A program made the position numbers and the translations under genes. From positions 52,946,786 through 53,010,785 of the forward strand of contig NC_068984.1 of the NCBI RefSeq assembly GCF_001194135.2: a DNA stretch of 64,000 nucleotides, given 5' to 3'. Of the stretch, positions 13,287 to 24,659 are shown piece by piece (positions within the stretch are counted from its first letter, which is position 1; each line of letters starts with the position of its first letter). The DNA is from Octopus bimaculoides (taxonomy: Eukaryota). The notes below the pieces were generated by a model. It did no database searches. It saw nothing but the letters and a program-made list of their open reading frames with translations, and was not told the DNA's origin.

Positions 13287-13412
13287 GAGAAAAACTTCTA
13301 CAGTCGGGGAAGCCCTTCACCTATATCATCCAATCGAACTAGTCCTAATAACCCTATAGAAGCCACATCAATGTCAATGACCAATTCGTTATCGGCCAGT
13401 GGCCTATCACAG
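13287..13412 (+). CDS. TMF1: TMF1 coding exon (Ser-rich linker)
   Basis: tttcAG|...CAG|GTaatg. 126 nt, EKNFYSRGSPSPISSNRTSPNNPIEATSMSMTNSLSASGLSQ, occupying the position of the Ser-rich linker of TMF1. Confidence 0.88.
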
Positions 13413-13441
13413 GTAATGCTTCCCTCTTCTGTTATCTTTTA

Positions 13442-13579
13442 ACTCTCTGAGTGGTTGGCGTTAGGAAGGGCATCCAGCTGTAGAAACTCTGCCAAATTAG
13501 ATTGGAGCCTGGTGTTGCCATCCGGTTTCACCAGTCCTCAGTCAAATCGTTAAACGATGATGATGATGATGATGATGAT
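13442..13579 (+). mobile_element. Short (GAT)n-tailed LINE 3' end copy with 30-nt internal deletion
   Basis: Matches 19192-19356 except that CCAACCCATGCTAGCATGGAAAGCGGACGT is missing. Confidence 0.85.
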
Positions 13580-14501
13580 ATATATATTTAACTGAAATAT
13601 TCAAATACTGAGATTTGAAGTTAGATGTCACTACTGTTCATATCATCTGTGGATAAATTCAAAATTTGTGGGTTTTTTTTAATCAACCTTGAAAGGAGGA
13701 AAGGTAGGGTTTGATCTCAGAATACAGTGTCAGAACTCAGAACATATACAACTAGGTATTCTATTGGATGTTCTTACAACTCTGTCACTGTGATCTCTAT
13801 AAATACAAATATATTTAAAATTTAGATAACATTATGAATACATCTGTATAATATTTTGTTAATAATCTTACTCTAATGACTTTTTAATTATTTTCTAAAA
13901 AATTAAATGACATGCCAGAGATTAGGTTCTACAGTTACTACTATCACTAAACTTTAGGATCTAGATTACAAAATAATGTCAATATTTTGCTAGTTCTGAA
14001 GGTTTCAGTATCTCTTAGTTTTTCTTAAGAAATAGTTTTGTTGTTGCTGTTGTTTAACTCAAGATCCATCTTGGTCAAGCTGATGTACAATATGACCAAA
14101 GATGTTCCATCCTATTGTATCTTTTCCCCAAACCAGTATTTCTCATGGGTACTGTGAGGGTTGCTTTGAGTAACTCTTTTACTGTGGACATCAGATACAT
14201 CCATGCAAAATCTTGTTATTCTTAACTGTGAAATGCAGTTTATATACCAGTCTATTTTTTGTTGAGGAATGTCATATTTGAAACTTTTTTTTTAGTGAGA
14301 TATGTCAAATTTATTGAGGGGCATGTGACTTGTAGAAATACCAAATCAATCTTTTGGTAAATTTTTAATATCATTACTGGAATATCCATGAAATTTAATT
14401 TCACTTTTAAAGGGTCAATAAAATTAAGATGGCTTTAAGCTTTTTAAACATGCCTAACTCTATAGTAAAGAAAGAAGAATTAGATAGATGCTAACTCTAT
14501 T

Positions 14502-14777
14502 TTGCAGTGTGGAAGGTGTTTATAAGCCATTTAAAAACACACAAAAACCATTAGATTCATTTCAACATTTAAATTTAATTTGTCAAAATATTTTTGTCAC
14601 TTTGAGACCGCGGCCTATTCACTGACAAAATTCCGTGCAACACAGAATTTTGCTAGTGAACAGGTTGTGGTCTCAAAGCAACGAAAATATTTTGACAAAT
14701 TAAATTTAAATGTTGAAGTGAATATAACGGTTTTTGTGTTGCTTTTAAATGGCTTATAAGCACCTTCCATGCTGCAA
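14502..14777. mobile_element. 276-bp fold-back (palindromic) MITE-like element
   Basis: Arms of ~130 bp, from TTGCAGTGTGGAAGGTG.TTATAAGCCATTTAAAA to TTTTAAATGGCTTATAAGCACCTTCCATGCTGCAA, with an ~11-nt loop. Confidence 0.8.
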
Positions 14778-15089
14778 TTGTTTTTGTTTCAGCACACGAT
14801 CTCAGATCAGGTCACTTACTGTAATTCTATTTTGTTTTTTCATTAATGAAGTGTTGGGGTGGAAAAAAATTTCACTAATATTGCATGGGGTGTACCTTTT
14901 GGTTTGAGGAATCCTTTATGAGCCACCTCATCCAATATACATCTACTTTTTGAAGACAGTAGTATGATCTGAGGATGATTGGATTGCTATTTCTAACAGA
15001 CTAACTGACCATGTAGGGTCCCATCAATGTCTTGATAAATATATTATTTGAACATTTATACAGTAATTAACTGAATGCTTTCTTTTCAG

Positions 15090-15251
15090 GATGATCTAGA
15101 CAAAAGCTTATTGTTTGTAAGCACATCAGCTAGTGGAAGTAAATCTAGCCTCTATGAACATTTACGTCAAGGAGGAGGTGGAGCTGCTAATTTACTTGAG
15201 AATTTACAGTCGCAACTGAAACAGAAAGAAGGAGAAATAACTCAGCTACAA
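15090..15251 (+). CDS. TMF1: TMF1 coding exon (start of C-terminal TMF_TATA_bd-type domain)
   Basis: tttcAG|...CAA|GTaatt. 162 nt, DDLDKSLLFVSTSASGSKSSLYEHLRQGGGGAANLLENLQSQLKQKEGEITQLQ; compare IIENLQSQLKLREGEITHLQ. Confidence 0.97.
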
Positions 15252-15761
15252 GTAATTATTTCTGGTTCTTTTTTTAAGTGTTTCTTGATTGATTTTGGCT
15301 GTTTCACAAAGTAACTCTAATTTCCATGGACTATGTAATTTAATCAAACTTTGCCAGAATTATTTGTTAACATTTATGAAAAACAATTAACATCAAGGTC
15401 TGTATTTTGAAAGTTTGGAATTTCTGTGTCATGCTGAATCTCCCTGAGAACTACATTAAGGATATGTGTGTCTGTGGAGTGCTCAGCCACTTGCACATTG
15501 ATTTCATGAGTAGGTTGTTCTATTGATCAAATCAACTGGAACACTCATCATCATAACTGACAGAATGCCAGACCATATAAAGTTGATATTTGTCAAAAAT
15601 TTTAGAGTCAGTGTAAATGATTGTGTTCCAATCCCAAAATTTGATGGTTTTGACCTGTGATAGGAATCAGTAATTATGCTATGAATCTGTATACAACAGT
15701 TGTACTACAATAAAAGTTATTTGCTGAATGTTGCAGTACTTACTTTTATTTTTCATTATAG

Positions 15762-15887
15762 GATGATATTAGTCAACTTGAAAGGACCAGAGAATCTATG
15801 GCTAGAGAATTGGTTAATCTTTCAAACTTAAATGATAATCTTCAAGAACAGGTAACAGAACTTCCAGAGATCAAAGAAAAGCATTCT
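15762..15887 (+). CDS. TMF1: TMF1 coding exon
   Basis: ttatAG|...TCT|GTaagt. 126 nt, DDISQLERTRESMARELVNLSNLNDNLQEQVTELPEIKEKHS; compare LEKTRSIMAEELVKL. Confidence 0.96.
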
Positions 15888-16682
15888 GTAAGTACAAAAG
15901 TTATCTTTTTCCATCCAGCATGCTTAAGTAAATGGTAGTTATGTAAAATATAATGTTTATCACTAGGTTAGCAACTTTTATCTTGCAAGCTCATGGGTGC
16001 TGGTGCCATGTAGAAGTACCTTTGCTGGTGCCATATAAAAGCACCCATGCTGGTTTCACATTAAAGCACCCAATATGCTCTGTAAACTGGTTGTCATTAG
16101 GAAGGGCATCCAGCTATAGAAATTATGCCAAACTGGACAAATGGAGCCCAGGCAACCCTTGAGCTAGCCAATTCCTATCAAGCCATCCCACTCATACCAG
16201 CATGGAGAATGGATGCTAGATGATAATGATGATGATGATGATGATGATAAAATGAATGTATCTCTTGTAATGATTTGCTGATAATAATGAATACTGTTTT
16301 ATCTTTTACTCTTCTCAATCATTGAATTGTGGCAATGCTGGAGCACTGCTTTGAAGGTTTGAAACTAATTGACCCCAGTACTTATATTTTTTAAGTCTGC
16401 TACTTATTCTTTTGCTCTGTGCCAAACTGCTGATTTACAAGGACATAAACAAACCAACATTAGTTGTCAAACAGTGTTGGGCAAAATACAAACACAAAAA
16501 TACATAAACACACACAATGGGTTTTCACACAGTTCCTGTCCACCAAGGCATTTGTTGGCCAAGGGCCATAGTAGAAAACACTTGCCTAAGGTTTCATGCT
16601 GTGGGACAGAACCTGAAACCACATAGTTGGCAAGCGAGCTTCTGAACCCATGCACCCATTCCTGCATCTATGTTTAAAAAGG

Positions 16683-17065
16683 GTGGAGGCGCAATGGCCC
16701 AGTGGTTAGGGCAGCGGATTCACGGTCGTAGTATCGCAGTTTCGATTCCCAGACCGGGCGTTGTGAGTGTTTATTGAGCGAAAACACATAAAGCTCCACG
16801 AGGCTCCGGCAGGGGATGGTGGCGAACCCTGCTGTACTCTTTCACTACAACTTTCTCTCACTCTTACTTCCTGTTTCTGTTGTGCATGTAATTCAAAGGG
16901 TCAGCCTTGTCACACTGTGTCACGCTGAATATCCCCGAGAACTACGTTAAGGGCACACGTGTATGGAGTGCTTGGCCACTTTCACGTTAATTTCACAAGC
17001 AGGCTGTTCCATTGATCGGATCAACTGGAACCCTCAACGTCGTAAGTGACGGAGTGCCAACACAA
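16683..17065 (+). mobile_element. tRNA-head SINE (family A), full length
   Basis: A box TGGCCCAGTGG and B box GTTTCGATTCC. 11-bp TSD GTTTAAAAAGG (16672-16682, 17066-17076). A 3'-half remnant lies at ~15424-15570. Confidence 0.92.
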
Positions 17066-17223
17066 GTTTAAAAAGGATTCAAAATAGTTCAAAAGTTGTT
17101 TCAATAATCAGTTGGAATGCAGAGTATTTTGGTTTGCTGGATGGTGTTCTTGTCAGTGGTGAATAGGTTTCTGTTGGTGTTGACCGATTATGTTGTTCAT
17201 CTTATAAATTTTGTTTTTAACAG

Positions 17224-17334
17224 GAATTGTATCAGCGATATAACGCTCTTTTACAAATGTATGGTGAAAAAGTTGAAGAAGCTGAAGAACTGCGCATGGA
17301 TTTGCAAGATATTAAAAAGATGTACAAGGACCAA
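17224..17334 (+). CDS. TMF1: TMF1 coding exon
   Basis: taacAG|...CAA|GTaaga. 111 nt, ELYQRYNALLQMYGEKVEEAEELRMDLQDIKKMYKDQ, containing the hallmark LQMYGEK.EE.EELR.DL.D.K.MYK motif. Confidence 0.98.
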
Positions 17335-17391
17335 GTAAGAATACTTCACATATAAGAAAAATATTTTTAAAAACCTGTGAAATATTAGTTT

Positions 17392-17588
17392 CAAATTTTG
17401 GGCAGCAGTTTTGAGAGAGGGTCCAAGTCAAATCAACCCTAGTGTGCAACTGGTACTTATTTTATCGACCCTGAAAGGATGAAAAGCAAAGTCAACCATG
17501 GCAGAATTTGAACTCAGAACATAGAGATGGATGAAAAGCTGCTAAGCAGTTTGCCCAGTAATCTAACAATTCTGTCAGCTGGCTGCCT
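17392..17588 (-). mobile_element. Family C SINE
   Basis: GGTACTTATTTTATCGACCCTGAAAGGATGAAAAGCAAAGTCAACC; aligns with 61958-62166. Confidence 0.75.
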
Positions 17589-17870
17589 CAAACCTTGTGA
17601 AATATTATTGTCATTTAACATCAAAGTGGGCCTGTGACCAATTGCATTTCAGCTATAACCATCCTGTACCTTTATCAGGCAATGTGTATATTGGACTATA
17701 TTATCTAATGAGTCCCTCCCTTTCTCAAAATAGTATGGTGAAATTTGAGAGAGATTTGGCTGCTATTTCTAGCAAATTGAGTGACCCCTGTAGCTTGTAA
17801 ACCTGTAATATTTGCTTTATAAATAATAGTCCTCCATCTCTCAAATATTTTATTAATTTCTGCGATTAAC

Positions 17871-19356
17871 TTTAGAGTCAACCTAGCTAAAACCAAAATC
17901 CTAATAAGTAGGAAGGTAGATAAAACACAAACCCCTTCAGGTAGATGGCCCTGCTCAGTATGTAGAAAAGGAGTAGGTAGTAACTCTATAAGATGTACCT
18001 GGTGCAAGCTATGGACACATAAGAGGTGCAGCAACATCAAAGGCAGGTTAACTAGCAAGTTAGTTTTTGTTTGTGGCAGATGTTCAGGTGCAATAAAGAC
18101 TGTAAACAAACAGGAAACAACTTCTATCTCATTCCAGGGTGAAAAACTAGAGGTAGTCGATAGCTTCCGCTATCTGGGCGACCAAGTTAGTAGTGGGGGT
18201 NNNNNNNNNNNNNNNNNNNNNNNNNNNNNNNNNNNNNNNNNNNNNNNNNNNNNNNNNNNNNNNNNNNNNNNNNNNNNNNNNNNNNNNNNNNNNNNNNNNN
18301 NNNNNNNNNNNNNNNNNNNNNNNNNNNNNNNNNNNNNNNNNNNNNNNNNNNNNNNNNNNNNNNNNNNNNNNNNNNNNNNNNNNNNNNNNNNNNNNNNNNN
18401 NNNNNNNNNNNNNNNNNNNNNNNNNNNNNNNNNNNNNNNNNNNNNNNNNNNNNNNNNNNNNNNNNNNNNNNNNNNNNNNNNNNNNNNNNNNNNNNNNNNN
18501 NNNNNNNNNNNNNNNNNNNNNNNNNNNNNNNNNNNNNNNNNNNNNNNNNNNNNNNNNNNNNNNNNNNNNNNNNNNNNNNNNNNNNNNNNNNNNNNNNNNN
18601 NNNNNNNNNNNNNNNNNNNNNNNNNNNNNNNNNNNNNNNNNNNNNNNNNNNNNNNNNNNNNNNNNNNNNNNNNNNNNNNNNNNNNNNNNNNNNNNNNNNN
18701 NNNNNNNNNNNNNNNNNNNNNNNNNNNNNNNNNNNNNNNNNNNNNNNNNNNNNNNNNNNNNNNNNNNNNNNNNNNNNNNNNNNNNNNNNNNNNNNNNNNN
18801 NNNNNNNNNNNNNNNNNNNNNNNNNNNNNNNNNNNNNNNNNNNNNNNNNNNNNNNNNNNNNNNNNNNNNNNNNNNNNNNNNNNNNNNNNNNNNNNNNNNN
18901 NNNNNNNNNNNNNNNNNNNNNNNNNNNNNNNNNNNNNNNNNNNNNNNNNNNNNNNNNNNNNNNNNNNNNNNNNNNNNNNNNNNNNNNNNNNNNNNNNNNN
19001 NNNNNNNNNNNNNNNNNNNNNNNNNNNNNNNNNNNNNNNNNNNNNNNNNNNNNNNNNNNNNNNNNNNNNNNNNNNNNNNNNNNNNNNNNNNNNNNNNNNN
19101 NNNNNNNNNNNNNNNNNNNNNNNNGGCACATAAAAGACACCATTCCGAGCGTGGCCGTTTTCGTGCGGGTGACACGTAAAAGCACTCACTACACTCTCTG
19201 AGTGGTTGGCGTTAGGAAGGGCATCCAGCTGTAGAAACTCTGCCAAATTAGATTGGAGCCTGGTGTTGCCATCCGGTTTCACCAGTCCTCAGTCAAATCG
19301 TCCAACCCATGCTAGCATGGAAAGCGGACGTTAAACGATGATGATGATGATGATGA
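17871..19356 (+). mobile_element. Young 5'-truncated RTE-type LINE (RT C-terminal part with PHD-like finger, gap, 3' UTR with (GAT)n tail)
   Basis: 110 uninterrupted codons at 17871-18200 (RVNLAKTK...WPCSVC...EVVDSFRYLGDQVSSGG) run into a 924-N gap. After the gap comes the (GAT)n-tailed 3' sequence. Continuity across the gap is inferred. Confidence 0.75.
18201..19124. other. Assembly gap (924 N)
   Basis: Run of N. Confidence 1.
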
Positions 19357-19565
19357 TTCTTAGTTTAACACCATATCTTGTATAGTGGTTGAATCAGTGA
19401 CAACCTAATATTTAAAATGTTGAGACCAGCCAACAAACTAATTGAACTTACTCCTCCAGCTTAAAGTAACATCACATTGATGATGCCAGCTTTAAGAAAT
19501 ATGCATAGGTGAGGATTGTGGATGCAGTATAATGTATTCAGTATTCACATACCTAGATATCTTCA

Positions 19566-19891
19566 GCTTTTTACTTGTTTCACTTATCAGACTGCAGCCA
19601 AGCTCGGGCACCACCTTGAAGAATTTTAGTGAAATGGATCGACCCTAGTACTTATATTTTTAAGTCTAATACTTATTCTACCAGTCTCTTTTCATGAACC
19701 ACTAAAGTAGAGTGACATAAACACACCAACACTGATTGTTTCAGTTTCCATCTACCAAATCCACTCACAAGGCTTTGGTCGGCCTGAGGCTATAGTAGAA
19801 GACACTTGCCCAAGGTGCCACGCAGTGGGACTGAACCCGGAACCATGTGGTTGGTAAGCAAGCTACTTACCACACAGCCACTCCCGCGCCT
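19566..19891 (-). mobile_element. tRNA-head SINE with CORE-like block (family B)
   Basis: Minus strand GTGGCTGTGTGGTAAG...GGTTCAGTCCC..GGCACCTTGGGCAAGTGTCTTCTACTATAGCC. Other copies at ~3662-4020(-), 7150-7330(+), 8390-8540(-), 16300-16665(-), 37055-37435(-), 45690-45975(+), 52265-52400(+). Confidence 0.8.
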
Positions 19892-19914
19892 GTATATATA
19901 TATATATATATATA

Positions 19915-20588
19915 NNNNNNNNNNNNNNNNNNNNNNNNNNNNNNNNNNNNNNNNNNNNNNNNNNNNNNNNNNNNNNNNNNNNNNNNNNNNNNNNNNNNNN
20001 NNNNNNNNNNNNNNNNNNNNNNNNNNNNNNNNNNNNNNNNNNNNNNNNNNNNNNNNNNNNNNNNNNNNNNNNNNNNNNNNNNNNNNNNNNNNNNNNNNNN
20101 NNNNNNNNNNNNNNNNNNNNNNNNNNNNNNNNNNNNNNNNNNNNNNNNNNNNNNNNNNNNNNNNNNNNNNNNNNNNNNNNNNNNNNNNNNNNNNNNNNNN
20201 NNNNNNNNNNNNNNNNNNNNNNNNNNNNNNNNNNNNNNNNNNNNNNNNNNNNNNNNNNNNNNNNNNNNNNNNNNNNNNNNNNNNNNNNNNNNNNNNNNNN
20301 NNNNNNNNNNNNNNNNNNNNNNNNNNNNNNNNNNNNNNNNNNNNNNNNNNNNNNNNNNNNNNNNNNNNNNNNNNNNNNNNNNNNNNNNNNNNNNNNNNNN
20401 NNNNNNNNNNNNNNNNNNNNNNNNNNNNNNNNNNNNNNNNNNNNNNNNNNNNNNNNNNNNNNNNNNNNNNNNNNNNNNNNNNNNNNNNNNNNNNNNNNNN
20501 NNNNNNNNNNNNNNNNNNNNNNNNNNNNNNNNNNNNNNNNNNNNNNNNNNNNNNNNNNNNNNNNNNNNNNNNNNNNNNNNNNNNNNNN
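19915..20588. other. Assembly gap (674 N) within (TA)n microsatellite
   Basis: Run of N flanked by (TA)n on both sides. Confidence 1.
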
Positions 20589-20647
20589 ATATATATATAT
20601 ATATATATGTTATGTATATATATATATTGTATATATAACATATATGT

Positions 20648-20688
<41 letters not shown>

Positions 20689-21249
20689 TATGTATATATA
20701 GGAGAGTATTGTAGTTTGCTTGAAGCATTGTGTATTGCTTGTTAAGAATAAAAAGTTTTGAATGGTACAACAATGGACTATATATCTGTTGTAATTTAGT
20801 TATCTATAGTCCGATGATATTTCAGAATACAATTCCTTCTTCAGATATTCTTAGATGGAGTCGCTTCTATAATCTGTTTACCAATGGCTTTTCTTTTTTG
20901 GAAACGTCTCAGTAGTGGTCTCACAAAGCTCCTTCCAGAATTCCTCATGAGAAGCCAATTTCTTACCACACAGCCACACCTGTGCCTATATGTTCAACCT
21001 GTTTATAACTCCCTCAGAAGATTAGCTTGCCATCTTTAAAAAGGAAATCATGTTTTTTTATGCTAATTTTAATGCAACTTGAACACAGGAGAGACTGGAA
21101 GCAATAATTAGTTAAAACTACCAAACTGAAAGCTTACCAATCCAACAACTTGCTATACTATTGCCATAAAATTTACGGATGATGTTTTTTGTTTTAAGAG
21201 GTTTTGAGGTTAGTTATTTACTAATCTCTGTTTCTATTTTGTGTTTCAG

Positions 21250-21273
21250 ATTGATCATCTTCTGGCTAAATGA
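21250..21273 (+). CDS. TMF1: TMF1 last coding exon
   Basis: gtttcAG|ATT GAT CAT CTT CTG GCT AAA TGA = IDHLLAK*, matching the TMF1 C-terminus (Q)IDELL. The 14 exons total 1439 nt in one frame. Confidence 0.93.
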   Translation: MDHLLAK

Positions 21274-22813
21274 CTAGAACAGGATTACTCTTCACGAAAA
21301 TTATTTACATAAGATGTCTGTTCAGCAGTTGATTGGCATGATGCCATACATATGGATTAACCAACCAACATATGAGAATATGTGATCCACATTTTACAAA
21401 TCTTGCTATTTAGAGCAAACAAAATGCTGTACATGTATAAAATCAGTGGTTAAATAATATGTTGCCATTTGGTATGAAATGAAAAATACAGGATAAAGAT
21501 TGTCGTACATTTTGGGAAATGCCAGTGTATATATATGTAATTATTTTTTTTCCTGATAGAGGGTGTGTATGTGTGGAGAGAGAGAGAGAGAGAGAGATAG
21601 AAGGGGAGTGTGTGAATTGACATTCACTTAAGGGACCCTGGCTATTTGTTTTATTTGTTAGTTCAGTGCCTCTAGTTCTGAATTCAAGTTTTCTTGCCTT
21701 ACCTCTCAAGGTGAGGTAAAACTTATGTGTACTGCATTAATTCAATTGGCTACACTTGTATCTTTTGTTTAATTAATGGACATACACAAATGCACATATT
21801 CATGATACACACATGTTATATATATCTATCTATCTACTTATATATATATATATATATCTGTTGAACTTATTTACCATGATTTACTATGGAAGAAAGCTTT
21901 TAGGAAATATAATTTATTCAAAGGATAACTTCATCTTGTTACGAATATATTTAAACAATATAAAATTCAGTAAGCTGATGACCGTTGGGAAAAATATTAT
22001 CTGTCCTAAATTGAGGAGTAATCTGAATTAAACAACTATTTTATGAAACTTGCTTTGTTATTGTTATATTGTTGTTTGTTCTTTTTATCTTTTTAAATCA
22101 ACCACATGGTTTTAATTCTGTTTCTATAAACAATGTAGATCATTTATATTTACAGCTATGATATCCTGTTCTTAAATTGCAAATGAATTATTTCAGAAAC
22201 AGTTGTATATCTACATTGTGGCTAATACTTATTATTAGAGAGGTTTATGGTATTGTCTCAAAAACAAGCTGTTTGAATGTTATGGGCATTTGTAAAAAGC
22301 ATGTTACTGTTGAGTTCTTTTACTTCTTTCATTCATTGATCTGCAGCCAGGTGGTGCAACAACACCTTCCATAGTTTCAGTATTTTGCCTGGTACTTATT
22401 TTATTAACCCAAAGAAAGAAAAAGGCAAAAATTGACCTGGATATACCCAGAACATAAAAAGATTGTAACCTACACTGCTAAACTTTACCAATACACACAA
22501 AGAAAAAGAGAGTTGAAGGGACTCTTTAAGTATTGCATAAGACAATGCAACCTTTCTAGTCTTGGAGCCATGATAAAATGAACTTAGTATGTTCTCTAAA
22601 GTGATTCATGAACAAAGACGATGTAAGTTAGAGAGGACTCAGTAATATTGTCAAGCATATGAAAAGTTGGCCTCTATGGTGATCTTCAATCCCATGGAAG
22701 CAAGCGCATTGATTAAGACTTTCTTAAGTCTGTCTAGTGTATGGCTGCTTGCTCCCCTTGAGATGGCCAAAGTATCATCTCTGTAGAGGCCAAAGAGGAC
22801 AGGTGAATTTGAA

Positions 22814-22888
22814 GTCTACAGCAGTTTCTGGGATAACCCAAGTAGTTGGTTAGCATATCCATGCACTGGGTATTCCGTCATCAGAGAC
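22814..22888 (-). ncRNA. Hammerhead ribozyme motif, minus-strand copy
   Basis: Reverse complement reads GTCT CTGATGA cggaatacccag...cttgggttatccca GAAAC TGCT GTA GAC. Loop III is no longer palindromic and one A of stem I is missing. Confidence 0.5.
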
Positions 22889-23172
22889 AAGATATTTTAG
22901 ATGGGGAAAATTTACAGTTTACAAGGAACAAAATTCACAGTTTATAAGGAATAAAATAGAAGAATAAAGAGTAAAAGTAGTTAGAAGAATACAGGCAGGA
23001 GAATAATGTTCACAACTCATCTTTTTTCAGAGGATTATTCTCCTGCCTATATTCTTCTAACTATTACTCTTTATTCTTCTATTTTATTCTTTATAAACTG
23101 TGAATTTTATTCTTTATAAACTGTGAATTTTATTCTTTGTAAACTGTATATTTTCCCTGTCTAAAATTCCTT

Positions 23173-23235
23173 GTCTCTGATGACGGAATACCCAGTACAT
23201 GGATATGCTAACCAACCCAGAAACAGCTGTAAAAC
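23173..23235 (+). ncRNA. Hammerhead ribozyme motif, damaged copy
   Basis: CTGATGA (23177-23183) and GAAACAGCTGTA (23220-23231) are intact. About 13 nt of the stem II 3' strand is deleted and stem I reads AAAC instead of AGAC. Confidence 0.5.
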
Positions 23236-24659
23236 TTCAAATTCACCTTACACTAATTAAATTAAATATTGGGGGCACAGCAAAACGAGACACTAACGTT
23301 GTGCCTGTACCTATTGGAGCTAGTGAAATGTTTTTTTAATTTAAGGGCGTTATTGTGTTAAGAGAGAAGGTGAGAGAAAACCAAACTATTTCTGTGGCAC
23401 TTCCTTCTATGACTGTTGGGTTGTGCCATATAGGAAATGCTGTCCCTAAATCCACTGGCAGCTAGGGCCTCGTTATAGTAGAGGGCCATTGTGTTGAAGG
23501 CCTCTTGGTTAGAAGAAAGGTTTGAAATCCTCTTACTAACACCCTTCACCAGGTTCTTGAACATGATGGGTGGGTGACAGGAGGTTGTGTTGATATATGT
23601 TAGCTTCTCATTTGGTTTGCTGTAGGGCCTGTAAGTACCAATACCCAAGCGTGATGTCTATGAAATCCGCTGTTGTGAGGTTGGTCTCTATTGTGATCTT
23701 CAATCCCATGGAAGCAAGCACACTAATTAAGTCTTTCCTAACCCTGTCTAGTGTATGGCCACTTGCTCCCCTAGAGATAGCCAGGGTGTCATCTCTGTAG
23801 AGGACAGAGGGGAGCTTTTTCCTTAGGATATCTAGGATATACAACCTGATATGGTTGCATATGTCAGCGCTGTCGCAGGCTCCCATCTCTATGTCAAAGG
23901 AGCCTGTGGGGTTGGGTTACTTGACCCATGCCAAACCTTTGTTGAACAGCACCGTCTTTCTGGCATGCATAATAATTTCTACATCTGTCGCATTATTATG
24001 CATGCCAGAAAGTCAGTGCTGTCCAACAAAGGTTTGGCATGGGTCAAGCAATCTGACCCCAAGGGCTCCTTTTTTCAGAGGATTATTCTCCTGCCTATCT
24101 TCTTCCAATTATTACTCTTTATTCTTTTATTTTATTCTTTATAAACTGTGAATTTTATACTGACATATGCAACTTCATTGGGTTGTATATGCTAGATACC
24201 CTTAGGAAAAAGTTCCCCTCTGTCCTCTTTGGCGTCTACAGAGATAACACTCTGGCCATCTCTAGGGGAGCAAGCAGCCATACACTAGACAGGCTTAGGA
24301 AAGACTTAATCAGTGTGCTTGCCTCCATAAGCCAACAGGTTTTGGGGTCTGACGATACGCCATAAAGTTAAATCCTTTATGGATGGGAAACCCAGGATAA
24401 TTCCATGAGGAAAATTTACAGTTTACAAGGAATAAAATTCACAGTATATAAGAAATAAAATAGAAGAATAAAGAGTAAAAATAGTTAGAATATAGGCAGG
24501 AGAATAATCCTCTGGAAAAAGGTGAGTTGTGAAAATTATTCTTCTGCCTGTATTCTTCTAACTACTTTTACTCTTTATTCTTCTATTTTATTCCTTATAA
24601 ACTGTGAATTTTATTTCTTGTAAACTGTAAATTTTCTACATCTAAAATATCCATACCTT

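Noticed and set aside
16683-16760. tRNA gene (also 2985-3055)
   Set aside because: A and B boxes are present but there is no complete cloverleaf, and it continues into a SINE body with a TSD.
17705-18109. 134-aa minus-strand ORF (and the similar one at 33389-33709)
   Set aside because: Antisense shadow of the plus-strand LINE RT.
18147-20773. Long ORFs of 263-370 aa in the ORF track
   Set aside because: They are almost entirely X residues spanning N gaps.
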